DNA of 63,306 nt, counting the filler, from Chiloscyllium plagiosum (Eukaryota): the NCBI RefSeq assembly GCF_004010195.1. It is 4 parts of 4 records of this genome, joined end to end, with 100 filler letters (N's around TTAATTAATTAA, not from the genome) between each part and the next. Parts side by side here need not be neighbours in the genome. Positions count along the whole stretch, not along the records: positions 41,059 to 52,706 come from NC_057717.1; positions 52,807 to 63,306 come from NW_025205439.1; 2 more parts are not named here. One strand, given 5' to 3'. Below, one piece after another: positions 50,523 to 59,729 of the stretch. The translations under genes and the position numbers were made by a program. The notes beneath the pieces were generated by a model. That model had not been told where the DNA came from, did no database searches, and saw nothing but the letters and a program-made list of their open reading frames with translations. Position 1 is the stretch's first letter. The number at the start of each line of letters is the position of its first letter.

Positions 50523-50602
50523 AGAAAATGTACAGGTGTAAATCGCTGTGATACTACAGTGGGTCACAGTGATGTGCACAGTGACATGCTCATACAAAAA
50601 TC
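50523..50602 (+). other. IGHD: IgH diversity segment D1 (coding 50551-50564, ATACTACAGTGGGT) with a 5' 12-RSS (degenerate nonamer) and a 3' 22-RSS
   Basis: AGAAAATGT, 12 bp, CGCTGTG, D, CACAGTG, 22 bp, ACAAAAATC; lies between VH and D2 as in shark IgM clusters. Confidence 0.88.
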
Positions 50603-50911
50603 ACTGACAAGGGTCTATTTCAAGCTGGCGATAATTACCATTGAAGGACAGGGAAAATAATGTGAGACTTAATTTAAATCCCATCCAGGAGTGACTCGTT
50701 TGGACAAATGTATAAAAATATTCTACTTTCCTCATGTTGATGGCCACATTAAATGCACGCTAAACTTGTAAAAATATTCCGACCTTTTAAAATACAGTGA
50801 ATAGGAAAAGCTAAAATACTCCACTAAATCATTTTTAGAGGAGTCTGAATCACTTCTTTCCAGGAGTTGATGAAATTAAGTATCTACATTTTTCAGTTTG
50901 CAGCCCGCTGT

Positions 50912-50981
50912 AGTATTTGACACAATGTGTCTCACAGTGACATACTGGGGTGACACTGCAATTATAATCAAAACAAAAACC
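50912..50981 (+). other. IGHD: IgH diversity segment D2 (coding 50940-50953, ACATACTGGGGTGA) with 12/12 RSSs
   Basis: AGTATTTGA, 12 bp, CACAGTG, D, CACTGCA, 12 bp, ACAAAAACC. Confidence 0.92.
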
Positions 50982-51317
50982 CGCCCAGCACCCATTGTTT
51001 GAAACGAGTCAATGTTTACCTGTACAGACTACCTAAACTCGCATTTCAGTATTAGTTCTCTGGGCTATTGTGCAATTATCATTGTTTAAATTGTAAATTT
51101 AATTCGCAAAAGTGGTGATTATTATTGTAGCAGTTGGTGGTTTTGAGAATCAGCTCTGTGTTACTCTGTGAAGTATAAAACATTATAGTAATTTAATAAG
51201 AATGATCAGTATCCACTGTACAATTATAATGAGATGAAGATTTATCGCGACTTCATTTTGACAGTGGTTCTGAATATTTAGAATAATGCAGGTTTTTGTT
51301 TGTTTTTATGCAAAGTC

Positions 51318-51356
51318 AGTTATTGTGTGACCCAGTCCAGAGAATGTAACGCTGTG
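51318..51356 (-). promoter_or_regulatory. 23-spacer RSS of JH (cluster C)
   Basis: AGTTATTGT, 23 bp, CGCTGTG; spacer nearly identical to that of cluster A. Confidence 0.9.
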
Positions 51357-51404
51357 ATTATCTTGGTTACTGGGGCCAAGGGACCATGGTGACGGTGACT
51401 TCAG
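51357..51404 (+). CDS. IGHJ: IgH joining segment JH (cluster C)
   Basis: YLGYWGQGTMVTVTS followed by TCAG|gtaaga. Confidence 0.97.
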
Positions 51405-52706
51405 GTAAGAATGTGAACTTTCTCAGTGACTTTATTTTTTGCTAACGTTCCATTCATGTGAATAATTCCTGAATTAAATGAAACTTAGATCCTGTGCTGA
51501 GCTTGGTTTGGTTCAGTTTGATTTTTGTTAAAACTGACAATAGACTTACATTCAGTCTCAGAAAATGACTGAAGTAGTGGTGGCGGATTCAGATACTCAG
51601 TGTATATATTTTTTAAAATCAGATGGGCATTCTGTGTGGCTGACAGAAACACCTAAAGTCTCTCAATCAGTCAGGTATAAGCAAAGTTTAATGACACCCA
51701 CTATCTGTGAGTTTTATTATCGACAACAAATGGCAAGAACTTAAAGGTGTTGGAAATATCACTAAACTGGATGAAAATATGTTAATTTATTGAATATATT
51801 CCCTGGGTGCACAATGCTCTTACCATGATTGCATTTTGTCATTTGAGTTGTTAATTTTGTTGATGACAAGCACGTTGGATACTGTCATGGAATCTTCTAG
51901 CGGTGCTGCATTTCATTCTTTTGACTGGATGCTGAATGTGTTTTATTTGCTTCTGTTGAAAAGTTGATTGGGTTCTGACTTTGCTTTATTTGATTCTGTT
52001 GAATTGAGTTGTTCCATCTTGTGGAATTGAACTGCGTTTTCATGCTTTCAGTAATCGGTGTTTTCTATCAGCAAAAGAGATTGTCACTCTGGATGACTCT
52101 CAATTACGAATATCTGTGAAGTTCTTTGTTTGTACTGAATCGTTTCTGCATTTGTTAAACGCGAGGCAATAGTTTTTCTGATTGATTGAAAACACTACAT
52201 CCGTTTGTAACTGTCTGAAGACCAACTTAAGGCAAAAACACGGAAGTGTGAGAAATGAAAAAAAAGACGACTTTTTAGAGCTTTTTTTATATACACAATC
52301 TCAGTTCTCATTTTAAACTAGTTAAAGTCTGTTTTGAGTAGCCTCATTCAAAATAAAATTTGGGACTAAAATCTTAAGCTACCGAATTCATCAGATTTCA
52401 TGATTGAGACTAACTTATCATAACATTCAATTATAATGTTTATCCATTGAACTAATTTTATTTTGACCTTAAGGCGATTAATCAATAGATGCCTTCAGCT
52501 GCTCTACTGTGCAGTGCACAAGATTGACATGATCAGAAATACTATATAGGTTGATAACAAATTGACTTGTTGCCGAAAATGTTAAAGCTTTAAGCGTTGT
52601 TCAATAAGTTATATCAGAACCAAGGCAACTGTTATGACTTTGTATTTCTATTTGATTTAATTATTCGCCTGTGTGATGGTGAGCAGTTTTGATGGTTTCC
52701 AATTTG

Positions 52707-52806
52707 NNNNNNNNNNNNNNNNNNNNNNNNNNNNNNNNNNNNNNNNNNNNTTAATTAATTAANNNNNNNNNNNNNNNNNNNNNNNNNNNNNNNNNNNNNN
52801 NNNNNN
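52707..52806. other. Artificial scaffold linker
   Basis: 44 N + TTAATTAATTAA (52751-52762) + 44 N. Confidence 0.95.
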
Positions 52807-52859
52807 TGTTCAAAATGGTCCAAGATGGTTCACAAAGTTACAGTAAGAGGAACTGCAGG

Positions 52860-53009
52860 AGCTATCACAGCCCCCTGCACAATTTTGTCCCCACATTGAA
52901 TCCACACAAATCTTGAATTCACATAGCACCTTCAAGCTATCACAGCCCCCTGCACAATTTTGTCCCCACATTGAATCCACACAAATCTTGAATTCACATA
53001 GCACCTTCA
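52860..53009. repeat. Exact 75-bp tandem duplication
   Basis: agctatcacagcc...catagcaccttca occurs twice. A further ~33-bp repeat lies at 52807 and 53011. Confidence 0.9.
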
Positions 53010-53649
53010 ATGTTCAAAATGGTCCAAGATGGTTCACAAAGTTGCAGTAAGAGGAATGGGGGGAGGGGGTGGAGGAACATAAGAACTAGGAGCAGGAGCA
53101 GGCAATTCAGCCCCTCGAGCCCACTCCACCATTTAATACAATCATGGCTGATCCCATCTCAGCCTCAACTCCACTTTCCTGCCCACTCTCCATCATCCTT
53201 TAACCCATTACACATTAAATATCTGTCCATCTCCTCCTTGGTGTGAGACAGGGAAGGGACCACTCCATTTCAGAAAAGACTGACTGTGGAAGGGGAAGGA
53301 GAGGGGAAGGGATTGGAACATGTTGTGAATGGACAGGATGGGTCAGTGGGTCAGAGCCTGTCCTGTCCCTCCAGCTCTCACTGATGGCCTGAGGATCTCC
53401 TCTCTCTGCTGGGCCTTCATGGAATGAGGTTTGTGTCCAAACCAGTCCCCAGTGAGAATAGATCAACAGCACAGAACTGTCCTTCATTTCACAAGAATCA
53501 TCTGTCTTCCTGAGACAGGCCAAACCCTGGTCAATGTGGGAAATGGGGCTTTACTCCAGGAGAAGATGGGGGTCAAGGGTTAACATCTATTAATGGGGCA
53601 GAGCAGAGGGAGATTTATGCAACATTCAACTGTCACCACCTGGGACACT

Positions 53650-53881
53650 GTGAGAAAGAGAGAGAAGCGAGACAGAGAGAGAGAGAACAAGAGTGTCTGT
53701 CTGTGTGTGTGAGAGAGAGAGAGTGAGGAACATCTGAGACAGTGTGAGATATGTGAGGGAACCAAGAGAGAGGTAGAGGGAGGTATAGAGGGAGGTAGAA
53801 ATTGTGAAGTTGAGGGATAGAGAGAGAGAAACAAGATGTGAGACAGTGTGACTGAGAGGGATGGAGAGAGACAAAGGGACA
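53650..53881. repeat. GA-rich low-complexity tract
   Basis: Interrupted (GA)n/(GT)n runs ending at an N gap. Confidence 0.8.
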
Positions 53882-55060
53882 NNNNNNNNNNNNNNNNNNN
53901 NNNNNNNNNNNNNNNNNNNNNNNNNNNNNNNNNNNNNNNNNNNNNNNNNNNNNNNNNNNNNNNNNNNNNNNNNNNNNNNNNNNNNNNNNNNNNNNNNNNN
54001 NNNNNNNNNNNNNNNNNNNNNNNNNNNNNNNNNNNNNNNNNNNNNNNNNNNNNNNNNNNNNNNNNNNNNNNNNNNNNNNNNNNNNNNNNNNNNNNNNNNN
54101 NNNNNNNNNNNNNNNNNNNNNNNNNNNNNNNNNNNNNNNNNNNNNNNNNNNNNNNNNNNNNNNNNNNNNNNNNNNNNNNNNNNNNNNNNNNNNNNNNNNN
54201 NNNNNNNNNNNNNNNNNNNNNNNNNNNNNNNNNNNNNNNNNNNNNNNNNNNNNNNNNNNNNNNNNNNNNNNNNNNNNNNNNNNNNNNNNNNNNNNNNNNN
54301 NNNNNNNNNNNNNNNNNNNNNNNNNNNNNNNNNNNNNNNNNNNNNNNNNNNNNNNNNNNNNNNNNNNNNNNNNNNNNNNNNNNNNNNNNNNNNNNNNNNN
54401 NNNNNNNNNNNNNNNNNNNNNNNNNNNNNNNNNNNNNNNNNNNNNNNNNNNNNNNNNNNNNNNNNNNNNNNNNNNNNNNNNNNNNNNNNNNNNNNNNNNN
54501 NNNNNNNNNNNNNNNNNNNNNNNNNNNNNNNNNNNNNNNNNNNNNNNNNNNNNNNNNNNNNNNNNNNNNNNNNNNNNNNNNNNNNNNNNNNNNNNNNNNN
54601 NNNNNNNNNNNNNNNNNNNNNNNNNNNNNNNNNNNNNNNNNNNNNNNNNNNNNNNNNNNNNNNNNNNNNNNNNNNNNNNNNNNNNNNNNNNNNNNNNNNN
54701 NNNNNNNNNNNNNNNNNNNNNNNNNNNNNNNNNNNNNNNNNNNNNNCTGTTAGAATGTTATACATTGCAGTCAGACCTCCTCTCATCCTTCTCAACTCAA
54801 GTGAGTTCAGGTTCAGTTGAGGTAGACCCTGAGAGGAGAATTGAGGAATGTTTTTCCCCAGAGGGTGGTGGGAGTCTGGAACTCACTGCCTGAAAGGCTG
54901 GTTGAGTCACAAACTCTCATGACATTGGAGCAGTGTTTAGATATCCGCTTGTGTTGCTGTAACCTCCAGGGTAATGGGCCAAGAGATGGAGGATGGGATT
55001 AATGACTCTCTGAGACAGTGAGAAAGAAAGCGAGAGAGAGAGAAGAGGAAGTGTGAGGGG

Positions 55061-55141
55061 CTGACGTGGCTCTCTCTGTCTGACGCCATTTTCATACTGA
55101 GGAACACCCAGTCAGACTCTCACAGGCTGCAGCTTTATAAA
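55061..55141 (+). promoter_or_regulatory. Light-chain V promoter: two CRE-like TGACG half-sites, octamer variant ATTTTCAT (55088-55095) and TATAAA (55136-55141)
   Basis: The motifs lie 60-140 bp upstream of the leader ATG; the octamer has one mismatch to ATTTGCAT. Confidence 0.6.
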
Positions 55142-55201
55142 GCAGAGCCCAGTGAAGGGAGAGTTTATCAGGAACCAGGCACAGGGACAGGAGCACACAC
55201 C

Positions 55202-55250
55202 ATGATTTCACACATCCAGCTGATCTGGCCCCTGGCATTCTGTGTCGCAG
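55202..55250 (+). CDS. IGKV: Kappa-type VL leader exon
   Basis: MISHIQLIWPLAFCVA followed by a phase-1 donor G|gtacaa; 160-bp intron. Confidence 0.9.
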
Positions 55251-55410
55251 GTACAAATCTCTCTCCTTCCACTTTGAATCTTTAGCTGCTCTCCATTTCA
55301 CTCCAATTCCACTGACTCGTGATTGAAGGGAAAATGCTAAAACCAGAGGAATGCTCAGTGTCTCCAACAATCTCTCATTGACTTCACTGTGTTTCTCTCT
55401 GACCCCTCAG

Positions 55411-55709
55411 GTATCAGTGGGGACATCACCATGACTCAGTCTCCCCCGGTGCTGTCAGTGGGACTGGGCCAGACCGCAACCATCACCTGTACGGCCAGTC
55501 AAAGCATTAGCAGCTACCTTGCTTGGTACCAGCAGCGAGAAGGTCAGAAACCCTCTCTCCTGATCTATCAAGCAACAAATCGATTCACAGGAGTCTCCAA
55601 TCGATTCACCGGCAGTGGATCAGGGACCAGTTTCACCCTGAAAATCAGCAACGTTCAGAATGAGGATGTCGCTGACTATTACTGTCAGCAGCATTACAGC
55701 TACCCTCGA
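55411..55709 (+). CDS. IGKV: Kappa-type (NS4/type III-like) VL exon, open
   Basis: cctcag|GT; [52 protein letters not shown]...[35 protein letters not shown]. Confidence 0.96.
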
Positions 55710-55737
55710 CACAGTGATACAGATCCGTACAAAAACC
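55710..55737 (+). promoter_or_regulatory. Consensus 12-spacer RSS of VL
   Basis: CACAGTG, 12 bp, ACAAAAACC. The V-12/J-23 arrangement is the kappa-type configuration. Confidence 0.97.
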
Positions 55738-56165
55738 TCAATACACACAGCATCACCTCCTGTACTGACATATCCCAGAGTAATATAAAATGTATAATAC
55801 TGGACACACACAGTCCCACCACCTGAACTGACATATCCGATAGTTAGATATAAATGAAACTGAACAAATTACCCCATGCTGGGATTGTTACTGTCCACGG
55901 CACACTCCAGTCCCTGTGGTGTCCACCGCTCACTAAAGGCCTCACGTTTCCCTCTTACATTCTATGGCCACATGTGAAGGGCAGCTGCAAGATTTAACAT
56001 CGAATTTCACAACTCTCCCAAGCCCAGCTGCACACAACCGAGAGACACAGAGACAGAGACACAAAGACACATGAATGAGGGAAAGACAGAGAGGGGCAGC
56101 AAGAGGGTGAGAGTGAATGAGAGACTGGGAGAGGTTGAGAGTGATGGGGGGAAGCAGAGATCAGA

Positions 56166-56204
56166 GGTTTTTGTACAGCCTTTCCACTAGGAGCTCTCAC
56201 TGTG
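56166..56204 (-). promoter_or_regulatory. Consensus 23-spacer RSS of JL
   Basis: GGTTTTTGT, 23 bp, CACTGTG. Confidence 0.97.
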
Positions 56205-56239
56205 GCTTACGTTCGGTAAAGGAACCAAGCTCAGACTGA
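56205..56239 (+). CDS. IGKJ: Kappa-type JL segment, canonical splice donor missing (possible pseudogene)
   Basis: LTFGKGTKLRL with the FGxG motif. The expected A|GT donor reads A|GA at 56240-56241. Confidence 0.88.
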
Positions 56240-56287
56240 GAATCCTCCGTTATTAACCCTGTCAATACTGAAACACACTTTCTAAAA

Positions 56288-56470
56288 TACAGTTGCTGAA
56301 TTGTTGAAGGTGTTAGTAGGGAACTGCAGTGAATGAAATGGTTAATTGAGGAGCACTGTGTCTAACAGGGTGTCCAGCTACAGTTGCTGAATTGTTGAAG
56401 GTGTTAGTGGGGAGCTGCAGTGAATGAAATGGTTAATTGAGGAGCACTGTTCTCTAACAGGGTGTCCAGC
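56288..56470. repeat. 91-bp tandem duplication just downstream of JL
   Basis: tacagttgctgaattgttgaagg...ctaacagggtgtccagc occurs twice with a few substitutions. Confidence 0.85.
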
Positions 56471-57324
56471 TGTATTTCTTTAGTTCCATTGCTCCCTTTA
56501 AAAAACAAGATATGTCAGTTAGTTTTACTCACCGTGTGGAGGAGCTCTGTCCATTTGCAGCCTGTGGTCCCATTCCTGCAGCATGGAGTGAAATCAGTGA
56601 GTAGCCTCCTGCCAGTTTCAGTGTGACGGACACGGGCAGATTTTGATGTGAGCTCTGGCTCCCTGTCCCAGTCTCTGATCTCACTGACCTCAGCAGCAGC
56701 AGCAGCAGCAGCACAGTGAGACACCGAGCTCCCACCTCCCCCAGCTTTAACTCTGCTCAATCACACAATCACAGAATTGTTACAGTGCACAAGGAGGCCA
56801 TTCTGTCCATCCTGTCTGTACTGGCTCTCTGAATGAGCAATTCACTGAGTGTCATTCTCCTGCCTTCTCCCTGTCACCCTGCACATTGTTCCTTTTCAAA
56901 TAGCATTCTCATTCCCTTTGAAATGTTTCAATTGAAATTGCCTCCACCACACTCTCAGGCAGTGCATTCCACACCTTAACCACTCACTGGCTGAACATGT
57001 TGTTCCCCATCTCACTTTTGTTACTTTTCCCAATTACTTTCAATCTGCGGTTTCTCAATCTCAATCCTTTCTCAATTGGGAACATTTTCTTCCTATTTAC
57101 TATGTCCAGGCCCCTCCTGGTTTTAATTCCTCGAACAAATCTCCTCTCAGCCTTCTCCAAAGAAGACAATCCCAAATTCTCCAATCAAACTTCATAACTG
57201 AATTATTCACCTCCTTCCTGAATTATTCACATTTTCTATGTCCCTCATGATTTTATAAACCTCTACAAGGTCACTCCTCAGACTCTTACACATCAGAGTA
57301 AAAAGTCTCAGCTTTTCCGGCCTC

Positions 57325-59071
57325 TCATTGTCATGGAGTTATACAGCGTGGAAACAGACCTTTCAGTTCAACTTGTCCATGCTAACCAGATATCCTAAAC
57401 TGACCTCATCCCATTTGCCAGCATTTGGCTTACATCCCACTAAATCCTTCCTATCCATGTTCCCATCCCAATGTGTTTTAAATACTGTAATTGTATCTGC
57501 CTCCAACACTTTCTCTGGCAGCTTGATCCATACACATACCACCCTCTGTGTGACAAGTTACCCCTCAGGTCCCTTTTGAATCTTTTGCCTCTCACCTTAA
57601 ACCTACACCATCTTGTTTTGGACTCCCTTTCCCAAGGAAAAGACCTTGGATATGCACCCTGTCCATGCCCCTCATGGTTTTATACACATCTATAAGACCA
57701 TCCCTCAGCCTTGAATGCTGCATGGGAAATAGCCCCAGTTTCTTCAGCCTTTCCCTTTAGCTCAAACCTTCCAATTCCTGGTCATGTCCTTGTAAATTAT
57801 TTCTGCAGCTTTTTAAGTTTAACAACATCCTTCCTATCGCAGAATGATCAGAATTGTTCACATTATTCCCAAAGTGGCCTCACCAGTCTCCCATACAGCT
57901 GCACCATGATGTCCTCACTCCTGTACTCGATGCAGTGACCAATAAAGGCAAGTGTACTCAACACCTTCTTCATCAACCTGTCTACCTGTGACCCCACTTT
58001 CAAGGAATAATGCACCTGCATCTTCACCCCCAGGTCTCTGTGTTCAGCAACACTCCACAGGGCCGTACCATTAACTGTATAACTCCTGCCCTGGTTTGCC
58101 TTTCCAAAATGCAACATCTCACATTTATCTAAACTGAACTCCATTTGCCACACCTCTGCCCATTGCCCCATGTGATCAAGGTCCCACTGTACCCTGAAAT
58201 GATTTTCTTCACTATCCACTGTCCCACCAATTTTGATGTCATCTACAAACTTACTGAAACTCCTATATTCATATCCAAATCATTTCTTTAAATGACAAAA
58301 GCAGTGCACCCAGCACCAATGCTTGTGACACACAGCTATTCACAGATCTCCAGTCTGAAAACCAACCCTTTACCACCACTCTCTGTCTCCTATCTTCAAA
58401 CCAATTTTTTTACCCCAATGGCTCACTCCCCCTGGATCCCATGTCTAACCTTACTAACCAGTCTATCATGTGGAACCTTGTCAAACACTTTACTAATGTC
58501 CATATAGACAATGTTTACTGTTCTGTCTTCATCAATCTTCTTTGTCACCCCTTCAATCCAATTCAGGAGACATGAATTCCTATGCATAGAACCACATTGA
58601 TTATCCAAAGAATGTAAATCCTATCCCACAGAATCCACTCCAACATCTTACCCAGCACTGACATCAGGCTCACTGGTCTATAGTTCCCTGGCCTTTCCTT
58701 ACAGTCTTTCTCAAATAATGGCAGAACATTAGCCAACCTATCTGGTTCTCCAGCACCTTATCCATAGCTGTCAGTGATGCACATATCTCAGCAAGGGGCC
58801 CAGCAATCTCTTCCCTAGTTTCCCACAATGTTCTGGGATACATATGATCAGGTACTAAGGTTTATCTATCTTTATGTGTTTTAAGATCTTTTGCGTCTCC
58901 TCATTTGTGTGTGGTCTCTTTTCAAGACATCACTATTTTTCCAAATTCCCGAGCTTTCTCCCCAATAAATACTGACCTGAAATATTTGTTTGGGATCTCA
59001 CCCATCTCTTGTGTCTTACCAAAATACAGCACTCACATTTATCTGAATTAAACTCCATCTGCCATTCCTCA
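57325..59071 (-). mobile_element. CR1/HER1-like LINE, degenerate RT region
   Basis: VYMDISKVFDKVPHDRLVSKV and WAEVWQMEFSLDKCEMLHFG...DLGV motifs. Confidence 0.88.
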
Positions 59072-59729
59072 NNNNNNNNNNNNNNNNNNNNNNNNNNNNN
59101 NNNNNNNNNNNNNNNNNNNNNNNNNNNNNNNNNNNNNNNNNNNNNNNNNNNNNNNNNNNNNNNNNNNNNNNNNNNNNNNNNNNNNNNNNNNNNNNNNNNN
59201 NNNNNNNNNNNNNNNNNNNNNNNNNNNNNNNNNNNNNNNNNNNNNNNNNNNNNNNNNNNNNNNNNNNNNNNNNNNNNNNNNNNNNNNNNNNNNNNNNNNN
59301 NNNNNNNNNNNNNNNNNNNNNNNNNNNNNNNNNNNNNNNNNNNNNNNNNNNNNNNNNNNNNNNNNNNNNNNNNNNNNNNNNNNNNNNNNNNNNNNNNNNN
59401 NNNNNNNNNNNNNNNNNNNNNNNNNNNNNNNNNNNNNNNNNNNNNNNNNNNNNNNNNNNNNNNNNNNNNNNNNNNNNNNNNNNNNNNNNNNNNNNNNNNN
59501 NNNNNNNNNNNNNNNNNNNNNNNNNNNNNNNNNNNNNNNNNNNNNNNNNNNNNNNNNNNNNNNNNNNNNNNNNNNNNNNNNNNNNNNNNNNNNNNNNNNN
59601 NNNNNNNNNNNNNNNNNNNNNNNNNNNNNNNNNNNNNNNNNNNNNNNNNNNNNNNNNNNNNNNNNNNNNNNNNNNNNNNNNNNNNNNNNNNNNNNNNNNN
59701 NNNNNNNNNNNNNNNNNNNNNNNNNNNNT

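Noticed and set aside
52807-53045. Functional meaning for the exact 75-bp duplication
   Set aside because: It is an exact repeat at the very edge of a scaffold, so an assembly artefact cannot be excluded; no motif was recognised.
25627-56239. Pairing the kappa V-J (55-56 kb) with the kappa C (25.6 kb) as one gene
   Set aside because: C lies upstream of V-J on the same strand and two linkers separate them; there is no evidence that they belong to one cluster.
56690-56740. CACAGTG after a (CAG)n run as an extra RSS
   Set aside because: No nonamer at a valid spacing and no adjacent V, D or J coding segment.
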